Shown piece after piece: positions 1-8,295 of a stretch of DNA of 64,000 nt. A program made the position numbers and the translations under genes. Where the stretch lies: the IMG/VR virus record IMGVR_UViG_3300044898_000016, positions 9,868 to 73,867 of that record; one strand, written 5' to 3'. How positions within the stretch are numbered: position 1 is the first letter of the stretch; every line of letters begins with the position of its first letter. The stretch comes from a virus (lineage: Duplodnaviria > Caudoviricetes). A model generated the notes under the pieces. It was not told the origin of the DNA and searched no databases. It saw only the letters and a program-made list of their open reading frames with translations.

Positions 1-2
1 AG

Positions 3-491
3 ATGGGTGCCGATAAGCAGAAGCGAGCGGTCTGCGAGCAGCGAGGTATCCGATTTTATGAGGTCGCGTCAGAGGGCGATCTACGGGAAGCGTTAGCCTC
101 TATTCGCAAGGTGTCTCCACGGCCCGACTCAAAATATCTTCAGTACCAGCGAGAACAGGAAGATCAATTTAACAAGACCGTGGTACGGCGATACGCAGAG
201 CCGCGACTTGCCGAGTGTGAGCACAAACTGGAGGCGGCGCGCGCACTTCTAGCCAATGAACTTAGTCGAGAGACGCCTGAGACGTTTCATTGCTGGGATA
301 CCGCCCAGCCGAGGCTTTATGCCGAATCGTTGGTTGCTAGATGGGAACGCTGCCTTGCTCGAGCGACTAATAAGGCAGAGGCCGAGTTTCGACGCAGGAC
401 CAAGCCGCCTCGCAAGATGGCGCGAGTGCGGAGGCGCCAGAACAAGGATTTTGACAAGCAGCGATTTGCGACCGGGCGGAGGCCAGCATGA
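3..491 (+). CDS. Hypothetical protein, probably 5'-truncated by the window edge; the first residues resemble the end of a DUF559/Vsr-like nuclease domain
   Basis: 162-aa ORF whose stop overlaps the next start (ATGA at 488-491). DKQKRAVCEQRGIRFYEV resembles the tail of very-short-patch nuclease domains. Confidence 0.55.
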   Translation: MGADKQKRAVCEQRGIRFYEVASEGDLREALASIRKVSPRPDSKYLQYQREQEDQFNKTVVRRYAEPRLAECEHKLEAARALLANELSRETPETFHCWDTAQPRLYAESLVARWERCLARATNKAEAEFRRRTKPPRKMARVRRRQNKDFDKQRFATGRRPA

Positions 492-1312
492 GCGACGACG
501 CCGTAACTGATCTAACTCGTGGCGTCTATCGTCGTCTCTATTCTGGCTTCACCAAAGGACAACGGATAAACCGATTGACACTTCAGGCTGAAGCATGGTT
601 CTGGCGAGTTCTGGCGACCGTAGACGACTTTGGCAATGGGGATGCCGACCCTGAACTGTGCCACGCAATGACGGCGGGACGCCGCAAGGTAACACCGAAG
701 CAAATATCAGGGTGGTTGCGGGAAATGAAAGACGCGGGACTTATTCGATTCTACGAAGCTAAAGGTGAGCCTTATCTACAGGTTGTCGGATTTGAGACCT
801 CTCAGCCAGCAGGGAAAAACGGCAAGCGAATGAAGCGTTTTCCGTTTCCAGGTGAGTCCGAGGGAATCCGGGTGAATCCGGAATTATCCGGTTCTGCTCA
901 AGCCTCCGAACACACTAACGATAACGAGAACAATAACGAAGACGATAACGAGAATACGTCGCGTGCCGCGACTGCTGTTGCTGTGTTTGACTTTTGGAGA
1001 AAAGAGAGCGGGCACGATCACGCTCACTTTACGGACAAGCGCCGGCGCAAGGTCTTGGCACGGCTGAGAGACGGTTATCCGGCGGAGAGGATCGAACTTG
1101 GTATTCGCGGTTGTTTGATGTCCGAGTTTCACCAGGGCAAGAACGACAGCGGGCAGAAGTTTGATGACTTGGAGTTGATTTGCCGAGACGGTGAGCACTT
1201 GGAAAAGTTCATCGCAATTTATGAAAACGGCGGGAGCAAGAATGGACACAAGGCTACAGCATCGCAGGGACGAGTTGATCAGCTCAGAGCCAACGCTGAA
1301 TTCCTACGATAA
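488..1312 (+). CDS. Phage replication initiator / replisome organizer
   Basis: N-terminal helical domain with VDDFG motif, low-complexity linker holding DNA repeats, and C-terminal FDFW...RRRKVLARLRDGY...DLELICRD domain typical of phage initiators. Confidence 0.8.
   Translation: MSDDAVTDLTRGVYRRLYSGFTKGQRINRLTLQAEAWFWRVLATVDDFGNGDADPELCHAMTAGRRKVTPKQISGWLREMKDAGLIRFYEAKGEPYLQVVGFETSQPAGKNGKRMKRFPFPGESEGIRVNPELSGSAQASEHTNDNENNNEDDNENTSRAATAVAVFDFWRKESGHDHAHFTDKRRRKVLARLRDGYPAERIELGIRGCLMSEFHQGKNDSGQKFDDLELICRDGEHLEKFIAIYENGGSKNGHKATASQGRVDQLRANAEFLR
851..953. repeat. Iteron-like repeats in the initiator gene (probable replication origin)
   Basis: Four 10-bp units ending in TCCG (851-890), then three 12-bp units ACGATAACGAGA/ACAATAACGAAG/ACGATAACGAGA (918-953). 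Confidence 0.65.
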
Positions 1313-1709
1313 AGCGGTTGGTCGGTTGGTCGTCAAGGGCCGCATCGGGGCAGGGCTGCCACCGCTAACGAACGAGGAACTGGCGATCCATACCGCAGTC
1401 TGGGCTGAGATTGTTTTCGGGGTGATTCCCGAGAGCCAACTTGAAAGAGCGTATGCCAGGGCGATGCAAGATAACGCGGACGGGTTTACGTTGACAGCCC
1501 CGAAACTGGTTCAGGGCTATCGCTCCCTGTGTGCGTCCGAAGCGTCAGCGCCTCAACTCCCGCAGACCTCTAACCTGCTGGCTGGAAAAGTCTGCAAAAA
1601 ATGTTTTGGATCGGGAATGGAGCAGTACGTTGAGGGTGGTTATAAGCAAGTGCGCCGATGCGATCACGTAGTAGCAGAGGATGACGACTCTGATATTCAG
1701 AATTGGTAA
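1242..1709 (+). CDS. Hypothetical protein with C-terminal zinc finger, at the helicase-loader position
   Basis: Overlaps the initiator 3' end; CKKCFGSG...RCDH motif. Start placed at ATG 1242 within ORF 1191..1709. Confidence 0.6.
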   Translation: MDTRLQHRRDELISSEPTLNSYDKAVGRLVVKGRIGAGLPPLTNEELAIHTAVWAEIVFGVIPESQLERAYARAMQDNADGFTLTAPKLVQGYRSLCASEASAPQLPQTSNLLAGKVCKKCFGSGMEQYVEGGYKQVRRCDHVVAEDDDSDIQNW

Positions 1710-1888
1710 GCGAAATGGACATCAAAAACTTATCGTTTGATCGGGAAGATTTATTGCGGCGCGTGTCGGCGGGTGATCATTCCAAGTGTCAGCACGACTT
1801 GCTTGGCACGTGCCCGGTTGAACTGGCCTTAGCCATCAGCGAAACAAGGAAACGAAACGAAGATGCCGAAAACTTGCCCGAGATGTGA
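1703..1888 (+). CDS. Hypothetical protein
   Basis: 61-aa ORF overlapping both neighbours in the operon direction. Confidence 0.5.
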   Translation: MVSEMDIKNLSFDREDLLRRVSAGDHSKCQHDLLGTCPVELALAISETRKRNEDAENLPEM

Positions 1889-2000
1889 TGAGTCTGAGCC
1901 AGCCGTCGAGTTCGGTATCTGCCGAGCGCGACCTAGCGGTTTCAATCTTTACTGCAAGCGATGCATAAGGGAAAAGATCGCGGATCAGCGAGCCGTCTGA
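1863..2000 (+). CDS. Small zinc-finger protein (45 aa, not in the ORF track)
   Basis: MPKTCPRCDESEPAVEFGICRARPSGFNLYCKRCIREKIADQRAV*, with two CxxC motifs. Confidence 0.6.
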   Translation: MPKTCPRCDESEPAVEFGICRARPSGFNLYCKRCIREKIADQRAV

Positions 2001-2106
2001 GGCTTCGCCGGATGCTTATCTGCTCAGAGTGCCAGCAAGGATGCTTCACTGAAGCAGAGTTTAACGAGCACGAATGTTTTAGCGCGTACTGAGTGAGGGG
2101 AACCAA

Positions 2107-2448
2107 ATGACTGACGAAGAAATTAACGAGCGAGTAGCAATGGAGATTATGGGCGAAGCACGCATTTGTAATCACAAGAAATATACCGACGAAACTGGCG
2201 CGTTTTGCGCGCAGGGATGCGAGAATTTTATCGTCCCTTACTACTCAACCGACATGTCGACGGCCATGCAAGTAATCGAAAAGATGCGCGAAGCGAGATG
2301 GTCGTTCGCTTGCACATTGTACGAGGGCAGGTTGCCCTATGCGTCGTTCTGTAAGCTCACAGCGGCATCAAGCAGGAATGCCGAATCTGAATCACTTCCC
2401 CGCGCGATCTGTCTCGCTGCTCTAGCTGTGGTGGAGAAGGAAACTTAA
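2107..2448 (+). CDS. Phage ABA-sandwich-domain protein
   Basis: EINERVAMEIMG...PYYSTDMSTAMQVIEK...SLPRAICLAAL pattern; GAGGGG SD upstream. Confidence 0.75.
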   Translation: MTDEEINERVAMEIMGEARICNHKKYTDETGAFCAQGCENFIVPYYSTDMSTAMQVIEKMREARWSFACTLYEGRLPYASFCKLTAASSRNAESESLPRAICLAALAVVEKET

Positions 2449-2516
2449 GAGTCTTTTAATAAACCACGACGCGCATTCCTAGATCGTGGAGAGCCCTAAG
2501 ACGGGCAGTGAGTTGA

Positions 2517-3905
2517 ATGAACATGAGCGCAAATTATCAAGAGTTTTTAGAGTCCAAACAAGTCGCTGTCGCACCGAGCGGTTTTACGCCCGATGCGCTT
2601 TGCTCTGAACTGTTCAAGTTTCAATCTGACATTGATCGATGGGCACTAGAGCGCGGACGTGCAGCGATCTTCGCTGATTGTGGGCTTGGCAAAACGCCGA
2701 TGCAATTGCAGTGGGCTGAGAGTGTAGCGCGCAAGTTAAATCGCCCCGTGCTAATTCACGCCCCGTTAGCAGTTTCAAAACAAACTGAGCGCGAGGGCAA
2801 GAAGTTCGGCATTCCCGTGAAAGTAGTCGCTTCGGATATTGAAGTGCGCGGGTCGGGTGTCTACGTCACGAATTACGAAAAGATGCAGCACTTCGATCCG
2901 TCACGTTTTGGTGGCGTGGTTCTTGATGAGAGTTCGATCCTGAAATCATTCACAGGCGCAACGCGAAACATGCTGATTGAACGCTACCACGATACGCCGA
3001 TGAAGCTAGCCTGTACGGCTACGCCGGCCCCGAACGACTTCATGGAACTAGGTAATCATGCTGAGTTTTTCGGAGTCCTAACGCGAACGGAAATGCTGTC
3101 TACGTTCTTTGTTCATGACGGTGGGGATACTGCGAAATGGAGATTGAAAGGCCACGCCGAAGAAGAATACTGGAAATGGATTTGCCAGTGGGCGGTGATG
3201 ATTCGTAAGCCGTCCGATCTTGGATACTCGGATGCTGGATTTGAATTGCCTCCGCTAAAGATTCACCACCATATCGTTGATGGTAAACCCATCGACGGAT
3301 TCTTGTTTCAAGTTGAGGCCCAAACCTTACAGGAGAGGCGACAAGCGCGGCGCGGGAGTTTGGAAGATCGCGCTCAGATGATGCGCGAAATCGTAGCAAA
3401 GAAACCAAACGATCCGTGGATGATTTGGTGCGATCTGAATGATGAGGCGGATTTGATTGAAAGCTTGATTCCGGGAGCGGTGCAAGTTGCCGGACGGCAT
3501 ACCGACGAGCAAAAAGAGGATCGGATGCTTGGATTCAGCGAAGGGCGCTATCAAACGCTTGTTAGCAAGCCGAGCATTGCGGGCTACGGGATGAACTGGC
3601 AGCACTGCCCGAATGTTGGCTATTTAGGGCTTAGCGATTCTTACGAGAAGTTTTATCAATCACTCCGGCGCTTCTACCGTTTCGGCCAGCAGAGCGAAGT
3701 CAACTGCCACATAGTTACATCCGAATCAGAGGGCGCGGTAGTCAAAAATATCGAACGAAAAGAATCAGATGCGATGCGCATGGCCCGCGAAATGGTAAGG
3801 CACATGAGCGTTTACAACACCGAAGCGGTTCACAGTCAAACGACTCGAACGGCATCAGCCTACAGCGCAGCGAAGCCTATGGCGCTGCCTTCGTTCTTGG
3901 GGTAA
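2517..3905 (+). CDS. SF2 (SNF2/DEAD-like) helicase
   Basis: Walker A ADCGLGKT, Walker B VLDESS, motif III TATPAP, C-terminal GMNWQ and QSLRRFYRFGQ. Confidence 0.9.
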   Translation: MNMSANYQEFLESKQVAVAPSGFTPDALCSELFKFQSDIDRWALERGRAAIFADCGLGKTPMQLQWAESVARKLNRPVLIHAPLAVSKQTEREGKKFGIPVKVVASDIEVRGSGVYVTNYEKMQHFDPSRFGGVVLDESSILKSFTGATRNMLIERYHDTPMKLACTATPAPNDFMELGNHAEFFGVLTRTEMLSTFFVHDGGDTAKWRLKGHAEEEYWKWICQWAVMIRKPSDLGYSDAGFELPPLKIHHHIVDGKPIDGFLFQVEAQTLQERRQARRGSLEDRAQMMREIVAKKPNDPWMIWCDLNDEADLIESLIPGAVQVAGRHTDEQKEDRMLGFSEGRYQTLVSKPSIAGYGMNWQHCPNVGYLGLSDSYEKFYQSLRRFYRFGQQSEVNCHIVTSESEGAVVKNIERKESDAMRMAREMVRHMSVYNTEAVHSQTTRTASAYSAAKPMALPSFLG

Positions 3906-4810
3906 TGATGAAAACACGAACAGCAACAGTGACGCCCGCAGTTATCGATCAGTGTTTTGGCGAAGGGTGGGCCATGTATCTCGGGGATTCGTGCGACGTG
4001 ATCAAGGGCGTCCCTGATGATTCAATTCACTATTCGATCTTCTCGCCGCCGTTTGCGTCGCTCTACACTTACTCGGCGAGCGAACGCGACATGGGCAACG
4101 CCAGAACGCACGCAGAGTTCTACGAGCATTTCCAGTTTCTTGTGAATGAGATTTACCGCGTAACGATGCCCGGTCGGTTGCTGTCCTTTCATTGCATGAA
4201 TCTGCCTTCGTCCAAACAGAGCGACGGCGTGATCGGGATTAAAGATTTTCGCGGCGATCTGATTCGCATATTCCAAGAGCCGGGATTCATCTATCACTCG
4301 GAGGTCTGCATTTGGAAAGATCCGGTCACGGCAATGCAGCGAACGAAAGCCCTAGGCTTGCTTCATAAGCAGATCAAAAAGGACTCGTGCATGAGCCGTC
4401 AAGGGATCGCGGATTATCTCGTGACGATGCGCAAGCCCGGCGACAATCCCGAACGAGTTACGCACACGAACGAGACGTTTCCTGTTTCGGTGTGGCAGCG
4501 GTACGCCTCGCCTGTTTGGTTCGACATCAACCCATCAAAGACTTTGCAACGCGAATCGGCGCGAGAAGATAAAGACGAGCGGCATATCTGCCCGCTTCAG
4601 CTAGAAGTAATTGAGCGCGCGGTTGAGCTATGGACTAATCCGAACGACACGGTTTTAAGTCCTTTCGCGGGCATCGGATCAGAGGGCTTTGTATCGATCC
4701 AAAAGCGGCGCAAGTTCATCGGTATCGAATTAAAAGAATCTTATTACGGACAGGCGATCCGAAACCTGACAGCAGCCGCACAACAGAGTGAAGGACTATT
4801 TGCAGCTTAA
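3905..4810 (+). CDS. Amino (N4-C/N6-A) DNA methyltransferase, beta class
   Basis: Catalytic FSPPF motif near the N-terminus, HICPLQL, and SAM-binding VLSPFAGIGSEG near the C-terminus. Confidence 0.9.
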   Translation: MMKTRTATVTPAVIDQCFGEGWAMYLGDSCDVIKGVPDDSIHYSIFSPPFASLYTYSASERDMGNARTHAEFYEHFQFLVNEIYRVTMPGRLLSFHCMNLPSSKQSDGVIGIKDFRGDLIRIFQEPGFIYHSEVCIWKDPVTAMQRTKALGLLHKQIKKDSCMSRQGIADYLVTMRKPGDNPERVTHTNETFPVSVWQRYASPVWFDINPSKTLQRESAREDKDERHICPLQLEVIERAVELWTNPNDTVLSPFAGIGSEGFVSIQKRRKFIGIELKESYYGQAIRNLTAAAQQSEGLFAA

Positions 4811-4825
4811 GAAGGGAGAGACAGA

Positions 4826-4876
4826 GTGGGCGAAATAACAGAAATTGGCTGGACTGAGGCAACTTGGAATCGATGA
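4826..4876 (+). pseudogene. Orphaned N-terminal relic of a Gp37/Gp68 (DUF5131) gene
   Basis: SD AAGGGAG, then GTG reading MGEITEIGWTEATWNR*; 8/16 identical to the N-terminus of 5392..6123 (MGKETSIEWTGSSWNP). Confidence 0.8.
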
Positions 4877-4904
4877 ATACCGGAACGCGGTACATGTCCA
4901 TCCA

Positions 4905-4913
4905 TGTTATAAT
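4905..4913 (+). promoter_or_regulatory. Extended -10 promoter, predicted leaderless start at ATG 4920
   Basis: TGTTATAAT; the ATG begins 7 nt after the end of TATAAT and has no SD. Confidence 0.65.
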
Positions 4914-4919
4914 GGCTGG

Positions 4920-5429
4920 ATGAAACACTCCAAGCAAACGAAAGCAAAGCTATCTAAGGCCCGTAAGGGCGAGTTGAACCCGTTCTATGGCAAGCATCAC
5001 TCAGACGAAACCAAGCGCAAGATGGCAGAACGAACGCGCTTGTTCAATCTCACGTCTCGCAAATACGAACTGTCTAAGCAGTCGATCAGAATTCCGCCGG
5101 AACCGGGCCTGTCTTATCTTGCGGGAGTCGTTGACGCGGATGGTTCTATTCGTTTTCGTCGAGGGCGTCCGTTCGTGTCTGTATATAACGGATGCGATGA
5201 CCTTATGCGTTGGCTGGTCAAGCGCGTTGGCGGTCAGTACAAGGCGGGTGATCTTCGCGGTAGGGTTCCTAATTGTACGTGGTCAATCAGTGCCGCAAGA
5301 GACGTTTATGCGCTCTGTAAAGCCCTTCTGCCTCGCTTGCTAGTAAAGCAGAGCGACGCAAGAGCGGCAATGGTCGCTCTGGAAAGTAAGTATGGGAAAA
5401 GAAACCTCAATCGAATGGACGGGATCTAG
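4920..5429 (+). CDS. Free-standing homing endonuclease, NUMOD3 + LAGLIDADG
   Basis: KHSKQTKAKLS...NPFYGKHHSDETKRKM (NUMOD3) and YLAGVVDADGSI (LAGLIDADG). Confidence 0.85.
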   Translation: MKHSKQTKAKLSKARKGELNPFYGKHHSDETKRKMAERTRLFNLTSRKYELSKQSIRIPPEPGLSYLAGVVDADGSIRFRRGRPFVSVYNGCDDLMRWLVKRVGGQYKAGDLRGRVPNCTWSISAARDVYALCKALLPRLLVKQSDARAAMVALESKYGKRNLNRMDGI

Positions 5430-6123
5430 TTGGAATCCGTGGCATGGCTGCATCAAAGTGAGCCCCGGCTGTAAGAATTGCTACATGTACCGCGACAAGG
5501 CGCGATATGGACAAGATCCGCTCAAGGTCGTTCGATCAAGAACCACGTTCAATGCCCCGCTGAAATGGCCTGAGCCTCGCGTGATTTTCACCTGTTCGTG
5601 GTCTGATTTCTTCATGAAGGAAGCCGACGATTGGCGCGATGCTGCATGGGACATCATTCGCAGCACGCCGCAGCATACCTATCAAATTCTGACGAAGCGA
5701 CCAGAGCGGATCGCGGATCATCTTCCGAGCGATTGGGACAGACAGGATCGTTGGAAGCATGTTTGGCTTGGCGTGAGTTGCGAGAACCAAGAGACAGCAA
5801 ATGATCGAATTCCGATCTTGCTGCAAACGCCAGCCGCAATCCATTGGGTAAGCGCGGAGCCATTGCTCGGGCCGATTCACTTCTGTGGACTCGGAGGGTG
5901 CTGCTCGGAGTATCGGGATTATCCGCTGGATTGGATCGTATTTGGCGGCGAATCAGGATCGGACTTTCGGGCAATGGAAATCGACTGGTTACGCGACGGC
6001 ATTGAGCAATGCAAAGAAGGTGGCGTCAAGATATTTACAAAGCAAGACAGCGGATTTAAACCGGGTCAGCAAGGGCGCATCCCAGACGAATTGTGGCTGA
6101 AAGAATTTCCAAAGGCAGCGTGA
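5392..6123 (+). CDS. Phage Gp37/Gp68 family (DUF5131) radical-SAM-like protein
   Basis: IEWT..WNPWHGCIKVSPGCKNCY, FTCSWSDFF, LTKRPER, VSAEPLLG, WIVFGGESG. Confidence 0.9.
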   Translation: MGKETSIEWTGSSWNPWHGCIKVSPGCKNCYMYRDKARYGQDPLKVVRSRTTFNAPLKWPEPRVIFTCSWSDFFMKEADDWRDAAWDIIRSTPQHTYQILTKRPERIADHLPSDWDRQDRWKHVWLGVSCENQETANDRIPILLQTPAAIHWVSAEPLLGPIHFCGLGGCCSEYRDYPLDWIVFGGESGSDFRAMEIDWLRDGIEQCKEGGVKIFTKQDSGFKPGQQGRIPDELWLKEFPKAA

Positions 6124-6126
6124 ACA

Positions 6127-6333
6127 ATGAAACTCTCAGATCGCATTGCAGCGGCAAAGAAAGCAAAGCCGGGTGATCTTTGGAGCAATCGAAAAGGACT
6201 CTACACGGTGGAGATCGTAGAGATTCGCAGGATGCTCAATCCTCAGGTCGTATTTAAGAACTTGTTGACTGGAAAGGACCCGGCCAAAGGGATCACACTG
6301 TTTGCAGATAAGGTTGAGCCGGTGAAGAAATGA
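6127..6333 (+). CDS. Hypothetical protein
   Basis: 68-aa ORF tightly coupled to its neighbours. Confidence 0.6.
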   Translation: MKLSDRIAAAKKAKPGDLWSNRKGLYTVEIVEIRRMLNPQVVFKNLLTGKDPAKGITLFADKVEPVKK

Positions 6334-6581
6334 GCGCACGAGTAAAACCAAAGACGATGATCGAATCCGATGCGGCGGCGATGATCGGGATTCATCCTGA
6401 GACGTTAGCCAGGTATCGACGCGAGGGCAGGGTTCCAACGTGGCGACAGGTTGGCCGGCTGATTAAGTACACGCCTGACGACGTGGATCGAGCTATCGCG
6501 TCTTTCGAGAAGGCCGGGCCTGATCTTGCTGAGGTTGAGCGGACGGCTCAACAGAAAGTTCTGAAGGGGCGCTTTGGTTGA
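6330..6581 (+). CDS. Excisionase/MerR-like helix-turn-helix protein
   Basis: ESDAAAMIGIHPETLARYRREGRVP...GRLIKYTPDDV. Confidence 0.8.
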   Translation: MSARVKPKTMIESDAAAMIGIHPETLARYRREGRVPTWRQVGRLIKYTPDDVDRAIASFEKAGPDLAEVERTAQQKVLKGRFG

Positions 6582-6604
6582 TCTGATTCTGAATATCCTT
6601 TTGA

Positions 6605-6657
6605 ATACCCGAAATGGTATATAGACAAGTCGATATAGTTTCGGTATAGTCGGGGGC
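6605..6657 (+). promoter_or_regulatory. Sigma70-type promoter inside a nested imperfect palindrome; leaderless start at 6658
   Basis: TAGACA (6622-27), 17 bp, TATAGT (6645-50), 7 nt, ATG. Inverted arms ATACCCGAAA/TTTCGGTAT and ATATAGAC/GTCGATAT. Confidence 0.7.
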
Positions 6658-6795
6658 ATGGAAAACAACTACAATACAACGCTCGAATCAATGGCAGCCG
6701 ACCAAGCGTTACTAGTCGAACTCGAAGGGCCGGTCTGTTCTGAGTGCAACAACACGCCCGAAACCGGAGCGTGCTTTTACTGCAAGATGGACTGA
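6658..6795 (+). CDS. Small Cys-containing protein (45 aa, not in the ORF track)
   Basis: MENNYNTTLESMAADQALLVELEGPVCSECNNTPETGACFYCKMD*, directly after the promoter. Confidence 0.6.
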   Translation: MENNYNTTLESMAADQALLVELEGPVCSECNNTPETGACFYCKMD

Positions 6796-6803
6796 AGATT
6801 TAC

Positions 6804-6995
6804 ATGCGATCTGAGAGGGATGAAAAGCTAAGCGAGGTAAAATTTCTAATCGCGTTCTACGAAAGGCGCGGCTGGGATTGGGGCTTACCCGCTGAATTCC
6901 TGCTACAGAAAGCTAACGGCGGGCCGCTGGTTATCCGAACACGAATTGGAGTTGAGAGTGAGCGAAAAACCACACGACAGAGGAAAGTGCGCTGA
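6804..6995 (+). CDS. Hypothetical protein
   Basis: ATG within ORF 6744..6995; fills the gap in the operon. Confidence 0.45.
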   Translation: MRSERDEKLSEVKFLIAFYERRGWDWGLPAEFLLQKANGGPLVIRTRIGVESERKTTRQRKVR

Positions 6996-7134
6996 CCTCG
7001 ATTGCTCGATTTGTGCAAACGGTGAAGATGAGTTTGAAGAATGGGTTTTCGAGGTAGGGCGTCAAATCGAATCCACGCGGCGATCCGAAACCATGTCGGC
7101 GGCTGACTATGGAATTACTATCAACGCGAGATAG
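6958..7134 (+). CDS. Small Cys-containing hypothetical protein
   Basis: GTG start, GKCADLDCSIC motif. Confidence 0.5.
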   Translation: MSEKPHDRGKCADLDCSICANGEDEFEEWVFEVGRQIESTRRSETMSAADYGITINAR

Positions 7135-7321
7135 CAGCCGCATCGTTCCTGACGAACTCTGCGAGCATGTTGAAATGGGCGCTCTCTCTGTGGGCGGTTT
7201 TTGTTTCACGGGAAGGCTTGATCCGATAAATGTTGGGATGTGTCAGCCGTGTTTAGATTGGTGTTTAGCGAACTTGGCTGATCCTGAAAAACTAGAAAAC
7301 CTAGGAGGCGAAATTGAATAA
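7109..7321 (+). CDS. Hypothetical protein
   Basis: 70-aa ORF overlapping its neighbours. Confidence 0.4.
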   Translation: MELLSTRDSSRIVPDELCEHVEMGALSVGGFCFTGRLDPINVGMCQPCLDWCLANLADPEKLENLGGEIE

Positions 7322-7559
7322 AGTTAAGCCATTTGTGGCGTTCGGGAACGGATACTCCGACGAATTTAAGACGTTCGCGCAAGCAAGGGCGGCGGTAAAA
7401 ACCAACAAGAACGGAGCGGTTTATGTGCTGGCTTGCTCTTGCGGCGACAACGAGGGATGCAGTTGGTGCAACGGGAATCATACATCGAAAGTCAGCACGG
7501 AGACCACGCGCGTGCTGCGGAAAACTGGCAGCAAGTATCGCTTTACGGGAGAAGGATAG
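7314..7559 (+). CDS. Hypothetical protein with CxC...CxxC
   Basis: GGAGG SD, TTG start, 81 aa. Confidence 0.65.
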   Translation: MNKVKPFVAFGNGYSDEFKTFAQARAAVKTNKNGAVYVLACSCGDNEGCSWCNGNHTSKVSTETTRVLRKTGSKYRFTGEG

Positions 7560-7565
7560 ACGGCC

Positions 7566-7739
7566 TTGTCTACCATCAAACAACTAACCTGCCTCCGCTG
7601 TGGAAATAAATGGTATCCACGAAGTCCTGATCCTCCTAAGACGTGCGCGGCGTGTAATTCTCCGTACTGGAATCGAAAGCGCGGGGCGGTCAGAGTTGGG
7701 CGTCCAAAACTAAAAAAGCGTTATGGGTCGAAAAATTAA
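7566..7739 (+). CDS. Small zinc-finger / basic DNA-binding protein (57 aa, not in the ORF track)
   Basis: GAAGGA SD, TTG; LTCLRCGNKWYPRSPDPPKTCAACNSPYWNRKRGAVRVGRPKLKK. Overlaps the downstream HNH start. Confidence 0.75.
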   Translation: MSTIKQLTCLRCGNKWYPRSPDPPKTCAACNSPYWNRKRGAVRVGRPKLKKRYGSKN

Positions 7740-8295
7740 AAACAAGACAGGCTGGCGTCTGGGCTACCTAAACGTAATTGAGTTGGCGGGAATGAAAGAC
7801 GGGCGCACTACTTGGCGTTGCGTATGCGACTGTGGCAGGGAAGTAATACTTCGCACTTCAAATATCCGAAACGATAAGGCGCGCAGTTGTGGGTGCCAAG
7901 ACGGAGTAAGAAGAACGCTGAAATTTGCCCGCATGATGCTAAAGATTTTTAGGCACTCCCACGAGAAGGGTCAACTACGCCGCAAGCACGCCCAAGACCG
8001 ACCATTTGAATTAACGGCAGAGGATATTGAGCGTTTGATTTTCTCTGACTGTCATTATTGCGGCGTCCCGCCAAGTAATGCCCGCCGATTAAAGGGCTAC
8101 CGGGAATATGCGTGGAATGGAATTGATCGTGTTGATAACGCTAAAGGCTATACCCCGGAGAATACGGTTGCCTGCTGCAAGACTTGTAACTATGCAAAAA
8201 ACAAGATGTCTGTCGATGAGTTTCTCGGATGGCTCGAACGTATAGCAATCCATCAAACCGCTTTGGGTAATATTTCCTTAAGGGAAGCAGAGTGA
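7723..8295 (+). CDS. HNH-type homing endonuclease
   Basis: WRCVCDCG...RSCGC N-terminal module; CHYCG...GIDRVDNAKGYTPENTVACCKTCNYAK nuclease motif. Confidence 0.85.
   Translation: MGRKIKNKTGWRLGYLNVIELAGMKDGRTTWRCVCDCGREVILRTSNIRNDKARSCGCQDGVRRTLKFARMMLKIFRHSHEKGQLRRKHAQDRPFELTAEDIERLIFSDCHYCGVPPSNARRLKGYREYAWNGIDRVDNAKGYTPENTVACCKTCNYAKNKMSVDEFLGWLERIAIHQTALGNISLREAE

Noticed and set aside
6330-6581. Evidence of lysogeny (excisionase/att)
   Set aside because: No integrase, att-like repeat or host genes in the window; lifestyle remains undetermined.
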